A stretch of 64,000 bases of DNA from an uncultured Acidobacteriota bacterium (GTDB lineage Bacteria; Acidobacteriota; UBA6911). This document shows positions 11,401-21,709 of the stretch, piece after piece. The stretch's first letter is position 1. Each line of letters starts with the position of its first letter. The notes below the pieces were generated by a model. That model was not told where the DNA came from and made no database searches. It was given only the letters and a program-made list of their open reading frames with translations. The DNA is taken from positions 96,001 to 160,000 of the forward strand of contig CAWJKZ010000017.1 of NCBI GenBank assembly GCA_963843575.1. The letters run 5' to 3'. Both the position numbers and the translations under genes were made by a program.

Positions 11401-14157
11401 CGGGAAACCTGATCCTGCAGGCCGTCACCCGGGACTCGGCGGGACGCGAGGCGGCGGCAAACCGGCCGGTGTGGGTCGCCGGCAAGGAAGAGTGGTGGTT
11501 CCGGGCCGAGGACAGCGACCGCATCGACGTGATTCCGGAGGCGCGCCGTTACGAACCGGGCGATAAGGCTCGGCTGCAGGTCCGTATGCCGTTCCGCAAG
11601 GCCACCGCCCTGATCAGCGTCGAGCGCGAAGGGGTGGCCGACGCGTTCGTCCGCCAACTCTCGGGTAAGGAGCCGGTAATCGAGATCCCGGTCAGGGGCG
11701 AGTTCGCGCCCAACATCTTCATATCCGTCCTCGTCGTGCGCGGCCGGGTCGGCGACATCCGGCCCACCGCCACCGTGGACTTGGGCCGGCCCGCGTACAA
11801 GCTGGGTATCGCGCAATTCAACGTCGGTTGGCGCGCCCACGAATTGCGGGTCAAGGTCGCCGCCGATCGGCCCGTGTACAAGGTGCGGGAGAAGGCGCGC
11901 GTCTCCATCGCCGTCTCGACTGCGGACGCGAAGCCCTTGCCGCGCGGCGCCGAGGTGGCAGTGGCCGCGGTCGACGAGGGGTTGCTCGAACTGATGCCCA
12001 ACCAGAGCTGGCAACTGCTCGAAGCCATGATGGGGACCCGCGGCTACGCGGTGCAGACGTCCACGGCCCAGATGCACATCATCGGCAAGAGGCATTTCGG
12101 CCTCAAGGCACTCCTCCAGGGTGGCGGCGGGGGAGCACAGTCCACCCGCGAGCTGTTCGACACGCTGCTGCTCTGGAAAGGCCGCGTGCCGCTCGACGCC
12201 AAAGGGGAAGCGACCCTGGAGGTCCCGCTCAACGACTCGATCACGAGTTTCCGGATCGTGGCGATCGCCAGCGGCGGGCCGGACCGTTTCGGCACCGGCT
12301 CGACCTCCATCCGCGCGACGCAGGACCTCATGATCTTTTCCGGAATCGCGCCGGTCGTGCGCGAAGGGGACCGGTTCCGGTCGGAATTCACCGTGCGCAA
12401 CGCCACCGAGCGCGCGCTGGAGGTGCGGGTTTCCGCCCGCGTGCCGCAACACAAGGAACCCCTGCCCGCCGAATCGTTGAATCTCGCCGCCGGCGCGTCG
12501 CGTGTGATCGGCTGGAACCTCACGGCCCCCGCCGGGGTCGATTCGCTCCGGTACGAGGTCGAGGCCGCCGGGCCAGCCGGGATCGGCGACCGCCTGGCTG
12601 TGACCCAGAAAGTGGTGCCGGCCATCCCCGTCCGAACCTTCCAGGCGACTCTGACGCAACTCGAGGCTGCCCTGCGGACCGACGTGGCGCGGCCTCCGGA
12701 CGCCCTCCCGGGGAGGGGAGGGGTGCAGGTTTCATTCCGCCCGAAGCTGGTGGGCAGCCTGGCCGGGGTGACCGAGTTCATGCGCCAGTACCGGTACACC
12801 TGCCTGGAACAGCTCATCTCCAGGGCGGTGGCGCTGCGCGACCTGGAGACCTGGAACCGGATCATGGAACGGCTCCCCTCCTACACCGACCGCGACGGGC
12901 TGCTGAAGTACTTCCCTTCGATGACCTACGGCAGCGAGGTGCTGACTTCCTATGCGCTGGCGGTCGCGGATGAGGCCGGCTGGATCATTCCCCCGGATTC
13001 CCTCCAGAAAATGATCTCCGGGCTGCAGGGATTCGTGCAGGGAAAGGTCTACCGCGGATCGAGCCTCCCCACGGTAGACCTGTCGCTCAGGAAGCTTTCC
13101 GCCGTCGAGGCCATCTCACGGCTGACCAAGGCGGACCCGGCGCTCCTCTCCAGCATCGCGATCGAACCGAACCTCTGGCCCACCTCCGCCGTGATCGACT
13201 GGGCAAACATCCTCCGGCGGGTTCCGGTGCGCAACCGCGACGAGCGATCCAGGGAAGCTCAGCAGATTCTTCGGTCGCGTTTGAACCTGCAGGGGACCAC
13301 GATGGGTTTTTCCACCGAAAGGTCCGATTACCTCTGGTGGCTGATGGTGTCGACCGACACGAACGCCGTCCGATTCATCCTGAGCCAGCTCGACTCGCCC
13401 GCGTGGAGAGAGGACATGTCGCGGCTCGTGCGCGGGGCGCTCGGTCGCCAGCGCCGGGGACATTGGGACACCACGGTCGCCAACGCCTGGGGTGTCCTCG
13501 CGATGCAGAAGTTCGTCGAGGCTTTCGAGAAGACCCCCGTGACCGGCTCGTCGAAGGCGACGCTGGCCGGAAAGACCGAGGCGCTCGACTGGGGCGCGGA
13601 ACCGCAGGGCAAGACCGTCTCTTTCCCCTGGCCTGCGGGCACCGGTGCGCTCGAGTTGACCGGCAGCGGTTCGGGCAAGCCCTGGGTGACCATCCAGAGC
13701 CTCGCCGCGATCCCCCTGCGCGAGCCGCTGTCGAGCGGATTCAAGATAAGAAAGACTTACACCCCGGTGGAGCAGAAAGGTAAGTGGAACGTGGAGCAGG
13801 GGGGACATCGCCCGGGTGAGGCTCGAACTCGAGGCACAGTCGGACATGACGTGGGTGGTCGTCGACGACCCGGTCCCGGCCGGGGGCTCGGTGCTCGGGA
13901 CCGGGCTCGGCAGGGATTCCTCGCTCGCCACCCGTGGCGAAAAGAGCGAGGGTTGGGTGTGGCCGGCATTCGAAGAGAGGTCATTCGAAGCCTTCCGGAG
14001 CTACTACCATTTCGTGCCCAAGGGGACCTGGACGGTGGAATACACCCTGCGCTTCAACAACGAGGGGACGATGAGCCTTCCGCCGACGCGGGTGGAGGCG
14101 CTGTACTCGCCCGAGATGTTCGGCGAAATCCCGAACCCCCCGCTCCGGGTGCAGTAA
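8482..14157 (+). CDS. Bacterial alpha-2-macroglobulin (frameshifted into about 5 pieces)
   Basis: Signal peptide; MG2-type DRPLFRAGETV; AVDEG; LNDSITSFRI; thioester motif CLEQ (12801-12812); C-terminal PTRVEALYSPE; directly followed by pbpC. Confidence 0.9.
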
Positions 14158-14429
14158 GGGTCTGTCACAGAATAACAGATCCACTTTGCTGGAGGCCCGC
14201 AGGCCCGCTGACAAGGCGCGAGCGACGAGCATATCCGGGGTGGTAGGTAAGGATCGAGCAACGCAGTCAGCGGGCCTGCGGGCAGCATCCCGGAGGGGCG
14301 CGGCGGCGGGCGGGCATCTGCGGCGTTGCCGCTCCTCGACGATGTCCCCACATCGCCTGCGTCGCGGCGCCTTGCAGCTGCCCGCCCGGCGCTCGCGCCA
14401 AAGTGGGCCTGTTATTCTGTGACAGAACC
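14158..14429. mobile_element. MITE-A, 272 bp, ~31-bp TIRs, TAA target duplication
   Basis: TAA|GGGTCTGTCACAGAATAACAGATCCACTTTG ... CAAAGTGGGCCTGTTATTCTGTGACAGAACC|TAA with 3 mismatches; two internal hairpin modules. Confidence 0.8.
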
Positions 14430-14448
14430 TAAGGCCTTTGAATTGCCT

Positions 14449-16590
14449 ATGCGGACGACTGCAAAGCTGGGACTCCTTGTTTTGGTGCTCGCCGGCATCG
14501 GGGTGAATTTCTTGACCTTGCCCGGGGCGCTCCCGGGATTCGACGAGGTCAGGGCGGGCTTCACCGCCTCCGATGCCGTCCTGGTCGACCGTCACGGTCA
14601 GGTCATCCAGGAACTCCGCCTGGACCACACGGCGCGCCGGCTGAGCTGGGTGCAGTTGAAGGACGTCTCCCCCGCCCTGCAGGCCGCGGTAATTGCGGCG
14701 GAGGACAAGCGTTTCTACAACCACACAGGGGCCGATTGGGCTTCGCTTGCCGCCGCGCTGTCCGGCATGTTAACCACCCCGCGCGGGGCCAGCACGATAA
14801 CGATGCAGCTGGTTTCGAGACTCAGGCCGGAACTGCAGCCCGCGGCGGGTCGGCGCTCGCCATGGCAGAAGTTGCGTCAGATCAGGGGCGCGCGCGCGCT
14901 TGAGCGGCGCTGGTCCAAGGCCCGGATCCTCGAGGCGTACTTGAACCTGGTGAGCTTCCGCGGGGAGCTGCAGGGTGTCGCCGCCGCTTCCGCGGGGCTT
15001 TTCGGCAAGCGGCCTCACGGGCTGGACGACATCGAGGGTGTCATCCTGGCCTCGTTGATCCGGTCGCCGAACGCCCGGCCCGCTCAGGTCGCCGCCCGGG
15101 CGGCCCTCCTGGCGCAATCGATGCGGCTCCCGCACGAGGCCCGTCTCGTTGCGGCAAAGGCCGGCGAGGCGCTGGCGCGCCCGTACGCGATCCAGCCGGA
15201 GCTCGCTCTGGCGCCGCACGTGGCCCTGCGGCTGGCCCGGGAGGCCGCCGCCGGCCGGGCAACAGGGCGCCTGGAGAGCACGCTCGACGGCGCGCTGCAA
15301 CGGTTTGCCGCCGACTCCCTCCGGCGCCATCTTGCGTCGATCGCCTCGCAGAACGTGCGCGATGGCGCGGTGCTGGTCGTCGACAACGCCACGCACGAGG
15401 TGCTCGCTTACGTGGGCAACACCGGCGAGCCCGGTCCGGCCCGTCACGTGGACGGCGTGCGGTCGCCGCGTCAGGCCGGGTCCACCCTCAAACCCATCCT
15501 GTACGCAGTCGCGTTCGAAAAACGACTGCTCACCCCGGCGTCGCTGCTCGAAGACAGCCCCCTCGAGGTGCCCGTCCCCGGGGGAGTCTACCGGCCGCGG
15601 AATTACGACAACCAGTTCCGCGGGCTGGTCACCGCCCGGACGGCGCTGGCGTCCTCGCTGAATGTGCCGGCCGTCAAGACGCTGGCCCTTACGGGCATCG
15701 ACGCGGTGGTCGAACGCCTGGGCCTGATGGGGATCGGGGGGCTTCGGTCTCCCGACTACTACGGCCCTTCGCTCGCGCTCGGCTCCGTCGACGTCACCCT
15801 GTGGGACCTCGTCACCGCCTATGGCGTCCTGGCCTCGGGCGGCGTCGCGTCACCCCTGAGGCTCTCCGCCGTGGAAGCCGCCGGGCAGGGCCGCCCGGTG
15901 CTGTCGCCCGAAGCCGTGTTCCTGGTCTCGGACATCCTCTCGGACCGGGAGAGCCGGAGCGCCACCTTCACGCTCGAGAGCCCTCTGTCCACGCGTTTCT
16001 GGTCAGCCGTGAAGACCGGTACGAGCAAGGACATGCGCGACAACTGGTGCGTCGGCTACTCGGACCGCTTCACCGTCGGGGTCTGGGTCGGGAACTTCAA
16101 CGGCGAGCCGATGTGGAACGTGAGCGGTGTTGCCGGCGCGGCGCCGGTCTGGGTGGAGGTGATGAACCGGCTGCACCGGGACCGGCCCGTCTCGTCCCCG
16201 CAACCTCCCCCCGGGATCATCCGAAGGGATGTGAGACTGGTTTCGGGTCAGAACCGGCGCGAGTGGTTTGTCCGCGGGACGGAGACCGGAGCGGTGCTGC
16301 CGGCGTCGAGCGCTGCCCCCGCCCGCATCGTCCAGCCTGCGGGCGGAACCGTGGTGGCGCTCGATCCCGACATCCCGGCCGGGCAGCAAAGGGTTTTCTT
16401 TGAAGCCAATACAAGCGACAATGCTGCGCAGTGGCTGCTGGACGGGCGGGCGCTGGGCCCCGCGCACCCGGTCTACCTCTGGGCGCCGAGACCCGGCAAA
16501 CACAGACTGGCGCTGGTGGACGGCCACAACCGGATCCAGGACGCGGTCCTGTTCGAGGTCCGCGGCGAGGACACGAGGCAGGTCCCATGA
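14449..16590 (+). CDS. pbpC: Penicillin-binding protein 1C
   Basis: Transglycosylase motifs EDKRF and GASTITMQL; transpeptidase motifs STLK, SLN, KTGTS; C-terminal PBP1C domain; downstream of A2M. Confidence 0.92.
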   Translation: MRTTAKLGLLVLVLAGIGVNFLTLPGALPGFDEVRAGFTASDAVLVDRHGQVIQELRLDHTARRLSWVQLKDVSPALQAAVIAAEDKRFYNHTGADWASLAAALSGMLTTPRGASTITMQLVSRLRPELQPAAGRRSPWQKLRQIRGARALERRWSKARILEAYLNLVSFRGELQGVAAASAGLFGKRPHGLDDIEGVILASLIRSPNARPAQVAARAALLAQSMRLPHEARLVAAKAGEALARPYAIQPELALAPHVALRLAREAAAGRATGRLESTLDGALQRFAADSLRRHLASIASQNVRDGAVLVVDNATHEVLAYVGNTGEPGPARHVDGVRSPRQAGSTLKPILYAVAFEKRLLTPASLLEDSPLEVPVPGGVYRPRNYDNQFRGLVTARTALASSLNVPAVKTLALTGIDAVVERLGLMGIGGLRSPDYYGPSLALGSVDVTLWDLVTAYGVLASGGVASPLRLSAVEAAGQGRPVLSPEAVFLVSDILSDRESRSATFTLESPLSTRFWSAVKTGTSKDMRDNWCVGYSDRFTVGVWVGNFNGEPMWNVSGVAGAAPVWVEVMNRLHRDRPVSSPQPPPGIIRRDVRLVSGQNRREWFVRGTETGAVLPASSAAPARIVQPAGGTVVALDPDIPAGQQRVFFEANTSDNAAQWLLDGRALGPAHPVYLWAPRPGKHRLALVDGHNRIQDAVLFEVRGEDTRQVP

Positions 16591-17702
16591 ACAGACGGGA
16601 ATGGCTGAAGGGCGCGGGCGCGTTCACCGCGCTGGCCCTGGAGGAAAAGACGTTGACACTCTCGGCGGGGGCTACGGCGAGCCCGGCATCGATCGAGACA
16701 AGGATCGTCCGGCTGAACCTGAAGCACACATGGACCACGACGATGTCCTCCAGCGAGTATCGCGACAACCTGCACTTGCGCTACACGTGCGACGGCGTCA
16801 CGGGGCTGGGCGAGGGGGCTCCGATCGTGCGCTATTCCGAGAATGCGGTATCGGCCCGCAGCGCCGTCGCTTCCGTCGCCGATTACTTCCGCGGCGCCGA
16901 TCCGTGGCAGTTCGAGAAGGTGATGGCCGAGGTGTTCCGCCGCATCCGGGGCGAATATGCCGCGAAGGCCGCCCTCGACATCGCCCTGATGGACTGGATC
17001 GGGCGCAAGCTGGGGGTCCCGCTGTATCGGTACTTCGGGCTGGACCCCGCCGACGCGCCGGTCACCACGATTTCGATCGGCATCGACACGCCGGAGGTCA
17101 CGCGCCGGAAAGTGGCCGAGGCGGCACAGTTCCCCGTCCTGAAGATCAAGGTCGGGTTGAAAACCGACGAGGCCACCATCGAGGCGGTGCGGAGCGTGAC
17201 GAAAAAACCGCTCCGTGTCGACGCCAATGAAGGGTGGAAGGACAAGGAGGAGGCCGTACGCAAGATCAACTGGCTCGAGAGCCAGGGCGTCGAGTTTGTC
17301 GAGCAGCCGCTGCCCGCGGCGATGCTGGAGGAGACCCGCTGGGTGCGCTCCCGGGTGCACATCCCGATCATCGCCGACGAGGCGTGCCTGCACCCGGCCG
17401 ACATCCCTCGCCTGGCCGCGTCCTTCGACGGCGTGAACATCAAGCTCATGAAGGCGGGCGGAATGCTCGAGGCGATGCGGATGATCCAGATGGCGCGGGC
17501 GCTCGGGCTCAAGACGATGCTCGGGTGCATGATCGAGAGCTCGATCGGGGTCACCGCCGCCGCGCACCTTTCGCCGCTGGTCGACTACGCGGACTTGGAC
17601 GGCAACCTGCTGATCGCGAACGACCCTTTCTCCGGGGTCAGTGTGCGGGAGGGCAAGCTGGTGCTGCCCGATGCGCCTGGTCTCGGGCTTCACGAGGCAT
17701 GA
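16587..17702 (+). CDS. L-Ala-D/L-Glu dipeptide epimerase (enolase superfamily) with Tat signal
   Basis: MNRREWLK twin-arginine leader; KIK, DANEG, EQP, ADE, NIKLMK and DLD motifs; ATGA overlap with pbpC. Confidence 0.85.
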   Translation: MNRREWLKGAGAFTALALEEKTLTLSAGATASPASIETRIVRLNLKHTWTTTMSSSEYRDNLHLRYTCDGVTGLGEGAPIVRYSENAVSARSAVASVADYFRGADPWQFEKVMAEVFRRIRGEYAAKAALDIALMDWIGRKLGVPLYRYFGLDPADAPVTTISIGIDTPEVTRRKVAEAAQFPVLKIKVGLKTDEATIEAVRSVTKKPLRVDANEGWKDKEEAVRKINWLESQGVEFVEQPLPAAMLEETRWVRSRVHIPIIADEACLHPADIPRLAASFDGVNIKLMKAGGMLEAMRMIQMARALGLKTMLGCMIESSIGVTAAAHLSPLVDYADLDGNLLIANDPFSGVSVREGKLVLPDAPGLGLHEA

Positions 17703-17745
17703 GCGCCAACAACGCGTTACTGAAGGTGTCAGCCGGGGGAGGTCT

Positions 17746-18066
17746 ATGGAGCTGCGTCGCAGTCCGCGTTTCGAGCTGAATCAGCGGGTCACCGTCACAA
17801 ACCTGGAGAACAAGACCACGGCGCCGGCGCGGCTCGCCAACTTCTCGACCAACGGCGTGCGCCTCCTTGTCGACGTGCGGATCCCTACCGGCGCGCTGTT
17901 GAAGGTCGAGTGGGGGACCACCCTGCTCCTGGGCGAGGTGATCTACTGCCTCCCGGAGGAAAGCGGGTTCTCCGTCGGCATGGAACTGGAACACGCCCTG
18001 TACGACACCAAGGCGCTCGCCAGCCAGATGGCCCCCCGGCCGGCCGAGGGCAAACCCCCCGAGTAG
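17746..18066 (+). CDS. PilZ-domain protein
   Basis: RRSPR (RxxxR) and NFSTNG (D/NxSxxG) motifs; RBS GGAGG. Confidence 0.75.
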   Translation: MELRRSPRFELNQRVTVTNLENKTTAPARLANFSTNGVRLLVDVRIPTGALLKVEWGTTLLLGEVIYCLPEESGFSVGMELEHALYDTKALASQMAPRPAEGKPPE

Positions 18067-18082
18067 CTCGCGGCCGCAGGCC

Positions 18083-19624
18083 CTATCGGTTCGCCTCCCG
18101 GGGCGAGGCGCGGACCGCGCGGTCGTAGGCCCACGAACGTATGTGGTCGACCTGCTCGCGCATAGTCTTGGAAAGCGGGATCACATTCAAGGCGGCCGCG
18201 TGAAGGTCGTCGAACGTGAGCGTCCGGTCCTCCAGCCGCACGGTCGTGATGGCCGACACGACGCACTGCTCGATCTCGGCCCCCGTCCAGCCCTGCGTGA
18301 TCCTGCGCAGCCGGTTCAACTGCATCGACTCGGGATCGATGCCCCGCTTCCCGAGGTGAATGCGGAAGATCTCGACCCGTTCCTCCTCGCCAGGGAGGTC
18401 GATGAAAAAGACCTCGTCGAACCGCCCCTTGCGGATCATCTCGGCGGGCAGGAGGTCGATGCGGTTGGCCGTGGCCGCGACAAAAAGCCCGCGCGCCTTC
18501 TCCTGCATCCAGGTGAGGAAGAAGGCGAAGATGCGTCCGAGGTTCGTGGCCTCCTGGCCCGCCTGGCCCGTCAGCCCCATCTCGATCTCGTCGAACCAGA
18601 CCACGGCAGGGGACATCGCTTCGACCACGCGGCACGCCTCGACGAAGGCCCCGTCCGGGTTGCCGTGCCGGCCCGAGAAGACCTCGATCATGTCGATGCG
18701 ATACAGCGGGAGCCCGAAACAAGCGGCGATGGCCTTCACCGACAGGCTCTTGCCGCACCCGGAAACGCCCATGACTAGAAGCCCCTTGGGCACGATCTCC
18801 GCCGAGAGGCTGTCGCGTTCGACAAACAGCTTTCGGCGCTCCAGCAGCCATTTCTTGAGGTACTCGAGGCCGCCGACGTGCTCGATCCGGGTCCCGTCCG
18901 CGACGTATTGAATAAGCCCGGATTTGTTCACAATGAGCTTCTTCTCTTCCAGCAGGTGGGGCAGGGCGCCGACGTCCAGCCTGCCATTCAGCGCAAGTGC
19001 GCGCCTCAACGCGTGGTGGCCCTCCTCGATCGTGAGCCCCTGGAGGGCGCGCGCGACGCTGAACACGGTTTCGCTCCGCGTGTCGACTTCGACCCCGCGC
19101 CCCTTCATCCGATCGGTTTCGCGCCGGACGAACGCGAGCATCTCTTCCAGATCCGGAGTCTGCAGGTCCATCAGGGCCAGTTGCCGGGAGAGTTCCTCCG
19201 GGACGGTCCGCAGCGGCGAGGTGACCACCACGAACTTGTCCCGGTCCAGGCCGAGCTCGTACAGGTCGCGCATGCGGCGGCGGATTTCCGGGTCGGCGTT
19301 CAGGAACTCGTGAAAATCCTTGAGGTGAAAGAACGCCGGCTCCGCGTGCTGGGCGATGTGGTCGAGCACGGCGCGCGCGCCCAGCGGCAGGGCCTCGGCG
19401 ATCCCGGGACCGGTCAAGCCGCCGGTGGCGCTCCAGGAGTAGACCGGGAGCGGACGGGGGAAAAGACGTCCGGCGGCCTCCTCCACCAGGTCGTGGGCCC
19501 GCCGCTCCTCCGGGGAGCAGATGTAGATCAGCGGGCGCCCGCCCTGGATCAGTTCCGCAAGGGCAGCGAAAGCCCGTCCGGCAGGCCGGGCCACGGGTTC
19601 TTTTCGAACTTTTTGAGTGCTCAT
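18083..19624 (-). CDS. AAA+ ATPase, Ycf46-like
   Basis: Degenerate N-terminal AAA-like domain; VGGLEYLKKWL; Walker A GVSGCGKS; Walker B WFDEIE; RKGRFDE. Confidence 0.85.
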   Translation of the reverse strand: MSTQKVRKEPVARPAGRAFAALAELIQGGRPLIYICSPEERRAHDLVEEAAGRLFPRPLPVYSWSATGGLTGPGIAEALPLGARAVLDHIAQHAEPAFFHLKDFHEFLNADPEIRRRMRDLYELGLDRDKFVVVTSPLRTVPEELSRQLALMDLQTPDLEEMLAFVRRETDRMKGRGVEVDTRSETVFSVARALQGLTIEEGHHALRRALALNGRLDVGALPHLLEEKKLIVNKSGLIQYVADGTRIEHVGGLEYLKKWLLERRKLFVERDSLSAEIVPKGLLVMGVSGCGKSLSVKAIAACFGLPLYRIDMIEVFSGRHGNPDGAFVEACRVVEAMSPAVVWFDEIEMGLTGQAGQEATNLGRIFAFFLTWMQEKARGLFVAATANRIDLLPAEMIRKGRFDEVFFIDLPGEEERVEIFRIHLGKRGIDPESMQLNRLRRITQGWTGAEIEQCVVSAITTVRLEDRTLTFDDLHAAALNVIPLSKTMREQVDHIRSWAYDRAVRASPREANR

Positions 19625-19722
19625 GATCGCTTCGAATGTTACATGATCCGCGCCTCTTTTCTCTATACAATGATCGGGGGGGCCCGGGTTCACCGACCCG
19701 GTCCCGCCCCCGAAGGGGACCG

Positions 19723-21576
19723 ATGATCACACGACTTGCACGCGCCGCGGCGGCCCTGTGCGCCCTGTTCCTGTTCCCGCTGCTGCCGGCCCAGGGGCCG
19801 GACGACATCAGCAGCCGCTACGCCAAATCCGAGCACGAGGTCCGCATGCGGGACGGCACGAAGCTGTTCACCGCCGTGTACGCGCCGAAGGACTCGAGCC
19901 GGCCGTACCCGATACTGCTCACCCGGACGCCTTACGGCGTAGCCCCCTACGGGGCGGAGAAATACCCCGCCAGCCTGGGGCCCTCGGATCTCTTTGCCCG
20001 GGACGGATTCATCTTCGCCTACCAGGACGTGCGCGGACGCCTGATGTCCGACGGACAGTTCGTCGACATGCGGCCGTTCAACCCGCACAAGCGGGGCCCG
20101 ACCGACGTCGACGAGTCCACCGATGCGTACGACACAATCGAGTGGCTCGTCCGCAATGTGCCCAACAACAACGGCAAGGTCGGGATGTGGGGGGTCTCGT
20201 ACCCGGGTTTCTACACGACCCTCGGCGCCATCGACGCCCACCCGGCACTGAAGGCCGCTTCACCCCAGGCCCCGATCGCCGACTGGTTCGTCGGGGACGA
20301 TTTCCACCACAACGGCGCGCTCTACCTGGCCCACGCGTTCAACTTCTTCGCCGACTTCGGGCAGCCCACGCCGCGGCACAGCACGGCGCGGCCGCCCCAT
20401 TTCGAGTTCGGCTCGGTCGACGGCTACAGCTTTTTCCTGAACATGGGCCCGCTGGAGAACGCCAACCGCAAGTACCTCCACGAGCGTGTGCGGTTCTGGA
20501 ACGACCTGATGACCCACGGCACCTACGACGACTTCTGGCAGGAACGCAACACCCGGCCGCACCTCAAAAACATCAAACTCGCCGTGATGACGGTGGGGGG
20601 CTGGTTCGACGCCGAGGATTTGTTCGGGGCCCTCAACACCTACCGGGCCATCGAGGCAGAGAGTCCCGCAGCATACAACATCCTGGTGATGGGCCCGTGG
20701 TATCACGGCGGCTGGTCCCGTGCGGATGGGGATGCCCTGGGCAGCGTGCGGTTCGGCTCCAAGACCAGCGACTTCTACCGCGAGGAGATCGAGTTCCCGT
20801 TCTTCAGCCATTTCCTCAAGGGGAACCGCGAACCGAAACTACCCGAGGCATTCGTGTTCGAAACCGGCCGCAACGCGTGGAGGCGGTACGATGCCTGGCC
20901 GCCCCGCAACGCCGAGGCCCGCAAGCTGTACCTCGATTCGGACGGCAGGCTTTCGCTCGACCCGCCGCAGGCCGGCGCGCCCGCTTTCGACGAATACGTC
21001 AGCGACCCGGCCAAGCCCGTCCCCTACATCGACGGCATCGCCATCGGGATGACCCGCGAGCACATGGTCGACGACCAGCGTTTCGCGGCGCGGCGCCCCG
21101 ATGTCGTCGTGTTCCAGACCGAGGCATTGAAGAAAGACATCACGGCGTCCGGCCCCGTGCTGGCGTCGTTGCAGGTGTCCACAAGCGGCACCGACTCGGA
21201 TTGGGTCGTCAAACTCATCGACGTCTACCCGGAGGACCCGGCGGACACGGAACCGCGGATGGCCGGCTACCAGCAGCTCGTGCGGGGCGAGGCGATGCGC
21301 GGGAAGTTCCGCAACAGCTATGAGAAACCGGAGCCCTTCGTCCCCGGCCAGGTCACACGCGTGGAGTTCAAGTTGCCGGACGTGAACCACACGTTCGTGC
21401 GCGGACACCGGATCATGGTCCAGGTGCAAAGCAGCTGGTTCCCGCTGACGGACCGGAATCCGCAGCAGTTCGTGGACATCTACAGAGCGGGTCCCGGCGA
21501 CTTTCACAAGGCGACCCAGCGGATCTACCACACGAAGGACGCCGCTTCCTACGTGCAGATCGGCGTCCTGAAGTGA
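19723..21576 (+). CDS. CocE/NonD-family serine hydrolase (secreted)
   Basis: MRDGTKL, RTPY, QDVRGR, GVSYPG, GPWYHG; C-terminal PepX_C-like domain. Confidence 0.9.
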   Translation: MITRLARAAAALCALFLFPLLPAQGPDDISSRYAKSEHEVRMRDGTKLFTAVYAPKDSSRPYPILLTRTPYGVAPYGAEKYPASLGPSDLFARDGFIFAYQDVRGRLMSDGQFVDMRPFNPHKRGPTDVDESTDAYDTIEWLVRNVPNNNGKVGMWGVSYPGFYTTLGAIDAHPALKAASPQAPIADWFVGDDFHHNGALYLAHAFNFFADFGQPTPRHSTARPPHFEFGSVDGYSFFLNMGPLENANRKYLHERVRFWNDLMTHGTYDDFWQERNTRPHLKNIKLAVMTVGGWFDAEDLFGALNTYRAIEAESPAAYNILVMGPWYHGGWSRADGDALGSVRFGSKTSDFYREEIEFPFFSHFLKGNREPKLPEAFVFETGRNAWRRYDAWPPRNAEARKLYLDSDGRLSLDPPQAGAPAFDEYVSDPAKPVPYIDGIAIGMTREHMVDDQRFAARRPDVVVFQTEALKKDITASGPVLASLQVSTSGTDSDWVVKLIDVYPEDPADTEPRMAGYQQLVRGEAMRGKFRNSYEKPEPFVPGQVTRVEFKLPDVNHTFVRGHRIMVQVQSSWFPLTDRNPQQFVDIYRAGPGDFHKATQRIYHTKDAASYVQIGVLK

Positions 21577-21596
21577 AGGTCGATCCGGACACAACC

Positions 21597-21706
21597 CAAG
21601 TGGGTCCGGGCTTCAGCCCGGACGCTGTTTGCGGTCCGTATAACGTGCGCCCGTCGCCACATAGATCAGATCAAAAGACGTCCGGGCTGAAGCCCGGACC
21701 CACTTG
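21597..21706. repeat. REP doublet (REPIN), 110 bp
   Basis: Perfect 28-bp inverted arms CAAGTGGGTCCGGGCTTCAGCCCGGACG, each containing a hairpin with a TTCA/TGAA loop; lies between convergent genes. Confidence 0.85.
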
Positions 21707-21709
21707 TTG

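Noticed and set aside
14326-14448. N-terminal extension of PBP1C (PLLDDVPTSPASRR), also seen in ORF 54601-55338
   Set aside because: It is translated MITE core. ATG 14449 directly precedes the TM anchor.
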